DNA of 64,000 bases, taken from contig JBAZJW010000001.1 in NCBI GenBank assembly GCA_041651055.1, positions 536,506-600,505 on the forward strand. The letters are read 5' to 3'. The DNA is from Minisyncoccota bacterium (GTDB lineage: Bacteria > Patescibacteriota > Minisyncoccia > Phycocordibacterales > UBA5272). The notes below the pieces were generated by a model. It was given only the letters and a program-made list of their open reading frames with translations. It was not told the origin of the DNA and searched no databases. Shown here in pieces: positions 1 through 8,785 of the stretch (its first letter is position 1; every line of letters begins with the position of its first letter). Made by a program: the position numbers and the translations under genes.

Positions 1-7
1 AAAATAT

Positions 8-80
8 GTCCCTATAGCTCAGTCGGTAGAGCAGCTGCCTTTTAAGCAGACGGTCGAAGGTTCGATCCCTTCTGGGGGCA
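8..80 (+). tRNA. tRNA-Lys (anticodon UUU)
   Basis: Cloverleaf folded by eye. Acceptor stem GTCCCTA/TGGGGGC (two G-U pairs). D-arm GCTCAGTCGGTAGAGC. Anticodon loop CTTTTAA with TTT at positions 34-36. T-arm GAAGG-TTCGATC-CCTTC, discriminator A, CCA not encoded. Confidence 0.85.
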
Positions 81-137
81 CAGCAAATACAAAAAGCAGA
101 ATCAAATGATTCTGCTTTTTGTATTTGCTGTGCCCCC
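74..137 (+). terminator. 30-bp perfect palindrome (GGGGGCACAGCAAATACAAAAAGCAGAATC / GATTCTGCTTTTTGTATTTGCTGTGCCCCC) with a 4-nt loop. The inner hairpin plus T-run acts as the tRNA terminator.
   Basis: Read directly. The left arm includes the last 7 nt of the tRNA acceptor stem; the inner stem GCAGAATC/GATTCTGC is followed by TTTTT. Confidence 0.6.
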
Positions 138-242
138 AGAGAAAGTGACCTTCGTCACTTTCGTAAGGGATCGAATAGGGGTCGCAAAGTCTTATATTTT
201 TGTAATCAAAAATAGACTTTGTGACCGATCCCTTCTGACACC

Positions 243-878
243 CTACACCCCCAAAATAACCCCCTCCAACTTCCCCTTCAAATCCCCCTCACCCCTATGT
301 GCCTCGATACTCGCTCGAAGCAATTTCCCCCCGACACGCTCACATTCATCCTTACTCCACTTTGTAGCTTTTCCGTTTAAGGTATCTTCCCATATTGTTT
401 TCATTTTCCACCACAAGGCTCCGTGAATTGCTTCTGCACTATCTAAATCACGTATCCTCATCCACTCTACCCACGCCCCTTTTTTATCTTTTCTGGCAAA
501 GAGATTACACAACGTAAATACATCGACATCCCGTTCTTTTTGTTCACGAGCGTCGAATATTTTTTCAGAATATTTTTCTAACCGTTTCAGCCTGTTCGCA
601 TCGGCAAAAGGTTCATCGATAATAAAAATATTCGCAGACTCTTTCATGTCTGGAAAAAGTCGAATCACTTCATCTCTCGATGCGGCAACATCCATCACCT
701 GGATAAGATTGGCTATAATTTTTTCTCCAAACAATGTAGATGCAGAAACAAACGGTTCAAGCGTAGCAATTTGTTCGCTGTAAATATGTGCTGAAACAGT
801 ACCATGTTTAAGAAGGGCTTCATATGCCTTTTCTCTTCCTTGTATTCCGGTGCCAACGATTGCGTAAATCATAAGCAT
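243..878 (-). CDS. Hypothetical protein, unrecognised; N-terminus IYAIVGTGIQG without a canonical Walker A lysine. Its C-terminal end lies in an odd pyrimidine-rich stretch (243-430).
   Basis: ORF of 211 aa. A TATACT -10-like hexamer lies 2 nt upstream of the ATG, so the mRNA may be leaderless. No family recognised. Confidence 0.4.
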   Translation of the reverse strand: MLMIYAIVGTGIQGREKAYEALLKHGTVSAHIYSEQIATLEPFVSASTLFGEKIIANLIQVMDVAASRDEVIRLFPDMKESANIFIIDEPFADANRLKRLEKYSEKIFDAREQKERDVDVFTLCNLFARKDKKGAWVEWMRIRDLDSAEAIHGALWWKMKTIWEDTLNGKATKWSKDECERVGGKLLRASIEAHRGEGDLKGKLEGVILGV

Positions 879-966
879 AGTATACTATGCTTCAATTTTT
901 AATTTGAAATTTTTAATTTTTATTGAAAATACAGGAATAACACCTTCTCCATGAATCCTGTTTCCC

Positions 967-1045
967 GTGTCGTTCCAGGCTTGATCCACCAGCTGGCGGA
1001 GGAATCCAAGTGGACACTGGGGGCCAATTTTCATTGGGGCGACAA
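967..1045. promoter_or_regulatory. Diverged copy A of a three-palindrome / cloverleaf-like element (see 8786-8852 and 9485-9547).
   Basis: 3' half ...AATCCAAGTGGACACTGGGGGCCAATTTTCATTGGGGCGACA matches the other copies. The closing helix TGTCG/CGACA differs from TGTCA/TGACA by a compensatory pair. Confidence 0.45.
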
Positions 1046-1103
1046 AGCTAAATACGAACGTTTTGTATATCTAACCTCTAAAGTCTAATATCTAAAATCT
1101 GCC

Positions 1104-3455
1104 TTATATTGCTTGAAGATTCGCCCCGAGGGATCGTGAAGCTTTAATAGGAAGCTTAGAAAGATTTCTTTTTGATAAAACCTGTTCAAGAACATCCACA
1201 ATATCGTCCGCCACTTTCTCAGCAATGTCAGCCTCAATTTCAAACACAAGTTCATCATGAATTTGAAGCGCAAGCTTCACACTTTTTTCGAGATTGTTTT
1301 TTACAATATACTCATTCGCATCAATCATGGCCAACTTCAAAATATCTGCTGCCGTTCCTTGTATCGGGGCATTGATAGCAATACGTTCTCCTTGTGCACG
1401 TAAAAATGGTAAAGGACTTTTGAGTAACGGAACCTCTCGTCGTCTTCCGAGCAACGTCTCGGTATACCCTTGCTTCCAAGCTGCAGCTTTCACCTCTTCA
1501 AGGTAGTCCATCAATCGGACAAACGTCGCTTTGTATTGATCATAAAATTCCTGAGCTTCTTTTCTTTCAACCTTCATTCCTTCTTTAAGTGCGGTCACTC
1601 CCATGCCGTAGAGGATGCCGAAGTTGATGGCTTTCGCCTTTCGTCTCATGTCTGGTGTGACATCATTTTCAGATACACCAAAGACGCGAGCAGCCGTTCC
1701 TGTGTGAACATCAATTCCTTTTTCAAAAATCTCTACGAGATTCTTATCACCTGATAAAATCGCCGCCGCACGCAAGTCTATTTGGGCATAGTCACATGAA
1801 AGAAGTACTGTACCTTTTCCTGCAACAAAGGCCTCTCGCACTTTTCTTCCCAGCTCACTTTTTATCGGAAGGTTTTGTAGGTTCGGTTCTTCACAACTAA
1901 ACCGCCCCGTGCCTGCCCCTGTCTGCACAAAGTGCGCATGTATTCTTCCGTCGTCTTTCACATACGTCGGTAATAAATCAATGTACGTCGAAAGTAATTT
2001 TGTTAATTCTCGGTACTCCAAAATAAGTGGAATAGATGGATGCTCATCACGAATCTTTTCAAGCTCGCTGACATTTGTACTCTTCTGTCCGGTTTTTGTT
2101 TTTTTGATTTTGATACCAAGGTTAAGCTTTTCATAAAGCACCTCCCCGAGCTGTTTTGGTGATGCGATATTAAATTCACTTCCCACCATTTCGTAAATGT
2201 TCGTCTCAAGAATTTTCACCTTCGCATGAAGCTCTTCACTCATCACTGACAACTTGTGCACATCAAGCGTGATACCGTTTTCTTCCATCTGTTTAATGAT
2301 CGCCATGAGTGGCTGTTCCACAGTTTCAAAAAGATGCCACAAATTTTCTTTCTTTAATTCTTCCTCAAGAAATGTACGCATTTCCGCGGCCGTTTTCTTT
2401 CCCGTGATATTTTGAATCTCGTTTACGGGGGCGTTTGTCATTTCGCTGTGAAGCAAGTGCACCATCACACGTAACTCTTCGAGAGTCTCATGGTCAATGT
2501 CTTCTTCAATTTCTTTTTCTTCTGTCTCTACTGTGTGACCGTTTGCCTTCATGCTGTGAAGACGACTTCTAAGAGATCTGAATTCATACAAGTCACACGC
2601 CGCTTGATACTTTTCAATATCCAAACTTTCCAACCATTCTTTTTCTGGTGGCACATATACACTCGGCGCATCGCGTCTGATGGTTGCCAATGTTTTTGAA
2701 AACAGTGCATCCTCCTCCCCTTCTTCGAGTAATTTCACCATACGTTCCTTGAACCCATCATCAATAAGTTGCTGTGGGTTTTTCTTAATCACATCGTACA
2801 TCTTTTCTATGGTTCCGTACTTCTTGATAAGCTCTGTGGCCGTCTTGTCGCCTATGCCTTTGATACCAATAATATTATCCGATGGATCACCGGCGAGGCC
2901 TTTGTAGTCCGGAATATGGTGTGGACCAAAACCAAAACGCTCTTCTACTTTTTTCTCTGTGTACCACACACCTTCATTTCCTTTCTTCAGTGTAAAGACT
3001 GTTACTTGTTCGTCGTCGACAAGTTGCAACGTATCCATATCGCCACTCGCTATCACTACACGCATACCCTTGTCCTTTTTTATTTGCTCTGCGAGTGTTC
3101 CGAGCAAGTCGTCCGCTTCGAATCCTTCACAGGTATAGACCGGAATAGAAAGTGATTCACATAATTTGTACGATTCTTTTATCTGCTCCACGAGAGCGTC
3201 GTCTGACTTTTGTCTCCCCGCTTTGTATCCATCATAACTTGTGTGACGAAAGGTTGGCTTTGGTAAATCAAAACACGCCGCGATGTAATCCGGTTTTATT
3301 TCTTCATATATTTTGAGCACCATGGTAATGAATCCATAGAGCGCTCCTGTCGGTCTACCGTCCTTGGTAGAAAATCCCTGCATGGCATGATACCCACGAT
3401 GAAGTATCGCGTGTGCATCGAGCAAGACCACTGTTTTTAGATTACTTTTTTTCAT
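1104..3455 (-). CDS. polA: DNA polymerase I (5'-3' nuclease domain plus polymerase domain; 3'-5' exonuclease region appears reduced).
   Basis: 783 aa. N-terminal FEN-like motifs (LLDAHAILHRGYHA, GFEADD); C-terminal family-A motifs (DYAQIDLR, KAINFGILYG, QIHDELVFE). Confidence 0.93.
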   Translation of the reverse strand: MKKSNLKTVVLLDAHAILHRGYHAMQGFSTKDGRPTGALYGFITMVLKIYEEIKPDYIAACFDLPKPTFRHTSYDGYKAGRQKSDDALVEQIKESYKLCESLSIPVYTCEGFEADDLLGTLAEQIKKDKGMRVVIASGDMDTLQLVDDEQVTVFTLKKGNEGVWYTEKKVEERFGFGPHHIPDYKGLAGDPSDNIIGIKGIGDKTATELIKKYGTIEKMYDVIKKNPQQLIDDGFKERMVKLLEEGEEDALFSKTLATIRRDAPSVYVPPEKEWLESLDIEKYQAACDLYEFRSLRSRLHSMKANGHTVETEEKEIEEDIDHETLEELRVMVHLLHSEMTNAPVNEIQNITGKKTAAEMRTFLEEELKKENLWHLFETVEQPLMAIIKQMEENGITLDVHKLSVMSEELHAKVKILETNIYEMVGSEFNIASPKQLGEVLYEKLNLGIKIKKTKTGQKSTNVSELEKIRDEHPSIPLILEYRELTKLLSTYIDLLPTYVKDDGRIHAHFVQTGAGTGRFSCEEPNLQNLPIKSELGRKVREAFVAGKGTVLLSCDYAQIDLRAAAILSGDKNLVEIFEKGIDVHTGTAARVFGVSENDVTPDMRRKAKAINFGILYGMGVTALKEGMKVERKEAQEFYDQYKATFVRLMDYLEEVKAAAWKQGYTETLLGRRREVPLLKSPLPFLRAQGERIAINAPIQGTAADILKLAMIDANEYIVKNNLEKSVKLALQIHDELVFEIEADIAEKVADDIVDVLEQVLSKRNLSKLPIKASRSLGANLQAI

Positions 3456-3891
3456 AGGTAAGCGTTACATCGCGAGTGTCTTCATCGATCACATCAAATT
3501 CCATCTCCATGTCTGACTGCAAGTATTTCATTTTTGATGGCCACTCGATGGCGATGAGTGTTTGAGGTTCGAGAAGATCTTCTTCCAAACGCAAAACCTT
3601 CGCCTCTTTCGGATGGGTAAATCGATACGCATCGATATGTACCAACTTCGTAAAATGAGGATGTTTCGTTTTGTATTCTTTTTTAAGAATAAAAGTTGGA
3701 CTGTGCACTTCTTCTTTTTCTATACCGAGAACTGAGGCAAGTTCTTTAGTAAAGGTAGTTTTACCAGCACCCAAACCTCCTTCCAAAAGAAGAACCTTTG
3801 CTCGTGGTGTTTCCATGGAAGAAAGCAATCCTGCAACCTTCTCTGCGAGCGTGCGAAGGTCGTCAATGTGTATGGTTACTGTCTCTTTCAT
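3442..3891 (-). CDS. tsaE: tRNA threonylcarbamoyladenosine biosynthesis ATPase TsaE (YjeE).
   Basis: 149 aa; P-loop LEGGLGAGKTTF and overall TsaE length and shape; overlaps the polA start. Confidence 0.8.
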   Translation of the reverse strand: MKETVTIHIDDLRTLAEKVAGLLSSMETPRAKVLLLEGGLGAGKTTFTKELASVLGIEKEEVHSPTFILKKEYKTKHPHFTKLVHIDAYRFTHPKEAKVLRLEEDLLEPQTLIAIEWPSKMKYLQSDMEMEFDVIDEDTRDVTLTYEKK

Positions 3892-3964
3892 ACCGGAAGT
3901 GTACCATGAAAAACCGCCCTTTTTCGGGGCGGTTTTTCTTCTTCAGCTCACATAAGGCATTAAT

Positions 3965-6862
3965 TTAGTGAGAAACGTGTCCGTCATCTTTGTACGAAGC
4001 GTAAATACTACGCGCAAGAATAAAGATAATGAAAAGGATTGCAATAAGTGCGAGCCATTCCACGAGGCTATTAGGAAGGAATCCACTTCCTGCTCCGGCT
4101 CCGATAACATGCTTTGCACCAGTGTCTGTATTATTGACACTCTCATTTGGAAGAATAGATCCGACAACATATGCGGTTACTTCATCCTGCACTTGTGTAC
4201 CAGGAACAGAGTATGCGACATATGCCGTAGTCACGATTGTCTTTCCGAGTGGAGCGTCATTATTCACATTTCCGTTCCATACGATGACACCTTCTGTAAA
4301 TGCGTCGAGTGACCCCTGCATGAAAGTGAGCGTGTGTGTCGCACTGTCGTATGTTCCGGCAAGAGATGACACGAATGTAATTTCTTGTGGAACAGTAATT
4401 CTCATGATCACATTATCAAGACGAGTGTTTGAAAGATTCTTGTAGGTCAATTTATAGGAAACATTTGAACCTGTAGAAAGATTTCCATTTGTCTTTTCCA
4501 TTTGAAGTGCGATCAACTTCTGACCCTGATTAAGGAGTGTGGCGGTTGATTGCCCTACGGTAATAACAGAACCATCTGAACAAGTAATCTGATTTTGTTT
4601 CACTGTTGTTACAGCCTTAACGGTCGTCGTCTTTTTGATAACGGTTATAGGCTTCACGTAGGTGACAGCTTTTGTCTTTGTTGTGAAGTGAACGATTTCA
4701 CCTTTCACGAGTCCGTACTGATTTTGCATCACTGCTCGGCAGTAGTATGTCGTCTGTGGCTTGAGGCTTGCGAGAACATTTGAGAATGGTGACGTAAGTG
4801 CAGATCCAATAGACGCAGTAGCTGTCTGACGACCAAGGTTCGCAGTTTCTCCGTACTCAAACCATCCTGTTGATGGTGCACCTTGCGCAATGAGTCCGAT
4901 ACCATTACAGCGAGCACTTGTGTTTGTAATTTCTGTTACAGCACTTGTAACCACGTTGTTGAACTTCACAACTTGTGGTGGTACGTATGGTGCATATGGA
5001 ACACCAACATAACATGTTTGATATACAGGAACACTCGTTCCATTCGCACACACTTTGTACTGTGAAGGGCAAATTGACGTGTGGGGAATAACACTTCCAT
5101 CCCAACATGATTGTGTTGTGATAACTGGAGGTGTATATGTCGTAGCGTACTGTGAATAATTGTATGTTGGGTACGTGTAGTTTACGTTTGTGTTTGAAAT
5201 AACATTCGTAATCGTACAAGCTCCATTACTGTAGGTTGTGTTCACAGGACATGATGTACTGTTAATAGTACAGACACCATTGATCAGCGTTGTCCCAGTA
5301 GGACATGCAGTGATGTTGATCTGACAGATATTGTTGATGAGCGTTGTGCCTGATGGACACATTGTCGTCCCCTGACCAAGACAGGTGCCATTTGTAAAGG
5401 TTGTTCCTGATGGACAAACCACAGGTGCCTGACATACGCCATTGATAAGCGTTGAATTGGTTGGGCACTGTGCTGGGTACTGACATGTTCCATTTGTAAG
5501 TGTGGTTCCTGAAGGGCAGGCTGTCTGATTGATCTGACATGTACCATTCACCATACTTGAACCTGCTGGACATGAAGTTGTGTTGATCTGACATGTGCCA
5601 TTGATTCTTGTTGTACCTGATGGACACGATGTTGAGTTAACCACACATGATCCAAGAAGAAGTGTTGTTCCCGCTGGACATACTGTTGTGTTCACCTGAC
5701 ATGTTCCATTGATGAGCGTTGTACCTGATGGACATACGGTCTGATTGATCTGACAAGTGCCATTTATCATGGTCGTGCCGGATGGACAGATAGTGGTGTT
5801 CACCTGACAAACATTGTTAATTAATGTTGTGCCAGTTGGACACTGAGTATTGGGTACACAGGTATTTCCAGAAAGAGTTTGACCTGCTGGGCACTGTGTT
5901 GTTGGCACACAAACATTATTTATGAGTGTTTGGCCGTTTGGACATTGAGTGGTTGGTACGCAAACATTTCCCGACAATGTCTGACCAGACGGACATTGGG
6001 TTATTGGCTGACAATCATTTGGATAAGTTACTGTGGTTCCATTTGAACAATGCTTTACACAAGCACCCCCGCTTACTAGCGCGTAACCTGGGTAAACACA
6101 TTGACCTGGCATTATTGTTATTTGACATGAGCCGTTTATATATGAAGAACCCGTTGGACAGGTTTGTGTGTGCACTGGACACTGAGAAGAATACATCACG
6201 GTCGTACCGTCGGCACAATAGTAATATGACGGGTTAACAGTTGTGTTCGTAGTGTACCCTGTTCCTCCTGTGTACGTAGACCCAACCCAGCTCGTGCCAG
6301 AATTATATGTTGATCCTGTATAAAGATTGTCTGTGTAAACAGGTGCAGTGGAGTAAGTTGGAGAGGTGTATGAGTACGAAGGAGAGTATAAATATGAGGG
6401 GTACGTTGGTGATGTATAAATTCCAGAAGTTGATGGACTTGTGTAGATTCCCCCTGTTGTATCACTTGTATAAACACCCGAAGATGGGTACGAAGTATAG
6501 ATACCTGAAGTAGGGTCGCTTGTATAAACACCACTTGTTGGATATGAAGTATAGAGTCCTGATGTTGGATCAGATGTATAAATGCCTGAAGATGGGTCAG
6601 AGGTATAAAGACCAGCAGAAGGGAAAGAGGTATATATGCCGGCAGTTGGGTCACTTGTATAAACACCTGAAGATGGATACGAAGTATAGATTCCAGCAGT
6701 TGGGTCAGAAGTATAAATACCTGTGGATGGGTCGCTCGTGTAGATACCTGAAGATGGGTCTGATGTGAAGATACCGTAGTCATCGGCAGACACAATTTGC
6801 GGAAGAATTATGTTTGAACACAAAACTGCAAGAACGAGTGTTGTAAATATATTTTTTTTCAT
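3965..6862 (-). CDS. Large cell-surface repeat protein: signal peptide, about 14 copies of a 9-aa repeat (SGIYTSDPT), about 20 Cys/Thr-rich 18-aa repeats (CPSGTTLINGTCQVNTTV), C-terminal TM anchor.
   Basis: The ORF track extends to 7534, but that N-terminus is frame read-through. Start taken at the MKKNIFTTLVLAVLC signal peptide (ATG at 6862). C-terminal hydrophobic LVEWLALIAILFIIFILA. Confidence 0.75.
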   Translation of the reverse strand: MKKNIFTTLVLAVLCSNIILPQIVSADDYGIFTSDPSSGIYTSDPSTGIYTSDPTAGIYTSYPSSGVYTSDPTAGIYTSFPSAGLYTSDPSSGIYTSDPTSGLYTSYPTSGVYTSDPTSGIYTSYPSSGVYTSDTTGGIYTSPSTSGIYTSPTYPSYLYSPSYSYTSPTYSTAPVYTDNLYTGSTYNSGTSWVGSTYTGGTGYTTNTTVNPSYYYCADGTTVMYSSQCPVHTQTCPTGSSYINGSCQITIMPGQCVYPGYALVSGGACVKHCSNGTTVTYPNDCQPITQCPSGQTLSGNVCVPTTQCPNGQTLINNVCVPTTQCPAGQTLSGNTCVPNTQCPTGTTLINNVCQVNTTICPSGTTMINGTCQINQTVCPSGTTLINGTCQVNTTVCPAGTTLLLGSCVVNSTSCPSGTTRINGTCQINTTSCPAGSSMVNGTCQINQTACPSGTTLTNGTCQYPAQCPTNSTLINGVCQAPVVCPSGTTFTNGTCLGQGTTMCPSGTTLINNICQINITACPTGTTLINGVCTINSTSCPVNTTYSNGACTITNVISNTNVNYTYPTYNYSQYATTYTPPVITTQSCWDGSVIPHTSICPSQYKVCANGTSVPVYQTCYVGVPYAPYVPPQVVKFNNVVTSAVTEITNTSARCNGIGLIAQGAPSTGWFEYGETANLGRQTATASIGSALTSPFSNVLASLKPQTTYYCRAVMQNQYGLVKGEIVHFTTKTKAVTYVKPITVIKKTTTVKAVTTVKQNQITCSDGSVITVGQSTATLLNQGQKLIALQMEKTNGNLSTGSNVSYKLTYKNLSNTRLDNVIMRITVPQEITFVSSLAGTYDSATHTLTFMQGSLDAFTEGVIVWNGNVNNDAPLGKTIVTTAYVAYSVPGTQVQDEVTAYVVGSILPNESVNNTDTGAKHVIGAGAGSGFLPNSLVEWLALIAILFIIFILARSIYASYKDDGHVSH

Positions 6863-7013
6863 AGTAAGTAATACTTTTTTCCCAACTGTAATAAAAGAAA
6901 AAGAGTTATTAAAGTATACTACATATAATAATAATGTCAATAGTAGTGTGGAAAAGAAAAACCCCGCGTTGCGAAATGCAAAGCGGGGTGCCCATGCGGG
7001 ACTTTGTGAAAAA

Positions 7014-7979
7014 TCAGTTTCCGGAAATCTTCCGGTATGACTTGAAGCCATAGCTTTTACGGGTCTGTTCGACGAAGTCGGAGCAGGATCCGTTGAAACT
7101 TGCAGGCTTGTCGAAGCGCTTGCCAGCGAGGGTGCCGGCAGAACTCTGGTCATCCTTCGTTGCCGGATGAATCCATGCACATTCGACATTCGAGGTAGAA
7201 CTGAAGACTTGAGCCGCAGAAGAAGAAGGGGCTTGGGTCGTCGTTGGGTCGGACGTCGTAATGGTCGCCGTTGCCACAGCCTGGGGCTGTGAACGGGCGA
7301 GCATCGCGAGTGCGATTGCCACCGCACTGTTGCCGTTGTCGGCCGGCGAGACTTTTGCAACTGCCTTGTGGGCCGTTGCATGAGCCTTCTTGGCTGTCGC
7401 CTTTGCATCGTCTGCCGTTTGCACGGCGGACGATGCTGATGCAAGTGCTGCTGTCGCTTTCTCGTCAGCTGCACTTGCCAAAGCTTTCGCCTTCTCGGCC
7501 TTGTCCTTGGCGGCGGCGGCAGTATTGCCCGCAACCTTCGCCTCAGTCATCGCCAAATTAGCCGTCTGCGCAACCGGGACGAGTTCGCTCCGGTCAGGCT
7601 TGAACCAGGCCAAGGCAACGAGCAGTCCAATCAGCAGTGCAGCCATGATGGCCGCAGCGACGATCCATCCGGTCCGGTTTTGACTCGGGGCCGGCATGTA
7701 AACCACTTGAGGCTGTTGTGCGGGCGGCGGGCTGGCGGGGTATTGCGCTGGACGCAAACCCCCTCCACCCGCTGCAGCCAAGGAACGGGCAGCGTTTGCC
7801 TCCTCAGCCTCGCGCTTGTGTGCGGCAGCCAACGCGTCAGCGTTAGCTACTTCAGCAGCGGCCTCAGCTGCGATTTGTTTTTTCCTGGCAGCCTCTGCCA
7901 GGTCTTCTGCAAAAGCAGCGTCTCGGAGGGTGTTCCCTCCAGAGCTTTGCTGTACTACCGGGGGACGAACGGTTGCCAT
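7014..7979 (-). CDS. Ala/Lys-rich single-pass membrane protein with a C-terminal 2-Cys domain shared with the 8189-8635 protein.
   Basis: AGGAGG ribosome-binding site 6 nt upstream of the ATG. One TM (WIVAAAIMAALLIGLLVALAWF). C-terminus ECAWIHPATKDD...RFDKPASFNGSCSDFVEQ parallels VCAWINPDTKERFDKPASHKGSCPSFVKE. GC-rich. Confidence 0.65.
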   Translation of the reverse strand: MATVRPPVVQQSSGGNTLRDAAFAEDLAEAARKKQIAAEAAAEVANADALAAAHKREAEEANAARSLAAAGGGGLRPAQYPASPPPAQQPQVVYMPAPSQNRTGWIVAAAIMAALLIGLLVALAWFKPDRSELVPVAQTANLAMTEAKVAGNTAAAAKDKAEKAKALASAADEKATAALASASSAVQTADDAKATAKKAHATAHKAVAKVSPADNGNSAVAIALAMLARSQPQAVATATITTSDPTTTQAPSSSAAQVFSSTSNVECAWIHPATKDDQSSAGTLAGKRFDKPASFNGSCSDFVEQTRKSYGFKSYRKISGN

Positions 7980-8063
7980 GATGGCCTCCTGTGGGTTAAT
8001 GGGTTAATTGACAAAAAACACCGTGTCTCGTTAAGGTTATTAACCCTTTCAAAACATATGCAT

Positions 8064-8091
8064 AGTATACATGAAAATATAGATTTGTCAA
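8064..8091 (-). promoter_or_regulatory. Sigma70-like promoter TTGACA-N16-TATACT for the 7014-7979 gene (duplicate of the module at 8715-8742).
   Basis: Read on the minus strand: cTTGACAaatctatattttcatgTATACT; about 39 nt is identical to the second copy. Confidence 0.55.
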
Positions 8092-8124
8092 GGGCTTTAC
8101 TTTTACTCTTAACTTATCAGGTTT

Positions 8125-8160
8125 GTATAAAAACAACCCCTTTCCGCGAAAAGCGTAAGG
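8125..8160 (-). terminator. Rho-independent terminator of the 8189-8635 gene.
   Basis: Minus strand AACCCCTTacgcttttcgcggAAAGGGGTT followed by GTTTTTAT. Confidence 0.6.
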
Positions 8161-8188
8161 GGTTGGGTGGCCAATATGGCCTGACACG

Positions 8189-8635
8189 CTATTGGCGCGT
8201 CGCGATGGAGAATCCAAAGCGACCCGCCACCTCTTTCACAAAAGAGGGGCAGCTGCCTTTGTGGCTGGCAGGCTTGTCGAAACGCTCCTTCGTGTCTGGA
8301 TTGATCCATGCACATACGTTCGCAATTGGGCGACCGGTTGTGGAGTCGACCTTCACGTCGTCAGCCTTTACTGCGGCGCGGGGCGCTTCCTGAGCGCGCC
8401 TGTAGATATCGGCTTTGATGGCCGATTCCTTGGCTCGACAAGCAGCGTCGCTACTTGCGTGTTCGGGGTAGTTCACCCCGCCGATAATGCATTGGGGAGC
8501 CCTGGAAACAGTGCCCCCTTGTTGCATCTGGCCACTCATCTGTTGATTTTGCTGGGGAGGCACCGAGGTGCAACCGGTCAGCAGGACAGCAACAGCAACC
8601 AGGGTAACGGAGACGAGGCGGGAGAAGTTGGACAT
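8189..8635 (-). CDS. Small lipoprotein with the shared C-terminal 2-Cys domain.
   Basis: Start moved to MSNFSRLVSVTLVAVAVLLTGC (lipobox LLTGC), with AAGGAGG 6 nt upstream. C-terminal CAWINPDTKERFDKPAS..GSC motif. GC-rich. Confidence 0.7.
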   Translation of the reverse strand: MSNFSRLVSVTLVAVAVLLTGCTSVPPQQNQQMSGQMQQGGTVSRAPQCIIGGVNYPEHASSDAACRAKESAIKADIYRRAQEAPRAAVKADDVKVDSTTGRPIANVCAWINPDTKERFDKPASHKGSCPSFVKEVAGRFGFSIATRQ

Positions 8636-8714
8636 AATGTCCTCCTTAAAAATGAAAAAGTGCGGAAGAAACTCCTGATACATCAAGGTTAGTCGATGAA
8701 TGAGGATCGAATAC

Positions 8715-8742
8715 AGTATACATGAAAACAGAGATTTGTCAA
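8715..8742 (-). promoter_or_regulatory. Sigma70-like promoter TTGACA-N16-TATACT for the 8189-8635 gene.
   Basis: Minus strand cTTGACAaatctctgttttcatgTATACTgtattcg. Confidence 0.55.
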
Positions 8743-8785
8743 GGCCTTAGTAGGGACACGGACCTCCAGCCGTCATCCATTTTCT

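Noticed and set aside
4900-6800. CRISPR-like periodicity in the surface-protein gene
   Set aside because: Repeats are in-frame codon repeats (27- and 54-nt units) with divergent sequence, not identical direct repeats with unique spacers. No CRISPR array was seen anywhere in the window.
6863-7534. N-terminal 220 aa of ORF-track entry 3965-7534 (Arg/Pro-rich MRAILPPPPRTRPRRRK...)
   Set aside because: Frame read-through across the antisense of the Ala-rich gene 7014-7979 in GC-rich DNA. A clean signal peptide MKKNIFTTLVLAVLC starts at 6862.
7680-8393. 237-aa plus-strand ORF (also 7271-7561, 7390-7683, 8192-8692)
   Set aside because: Spans the promoter, ribosome-binding site and terminator of the minus-strand genes. 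These are typical spurious long ORFs in GC-rich sequence. The minus-strand genes have ribosome-binding sites, signal peptides and a shared domain.
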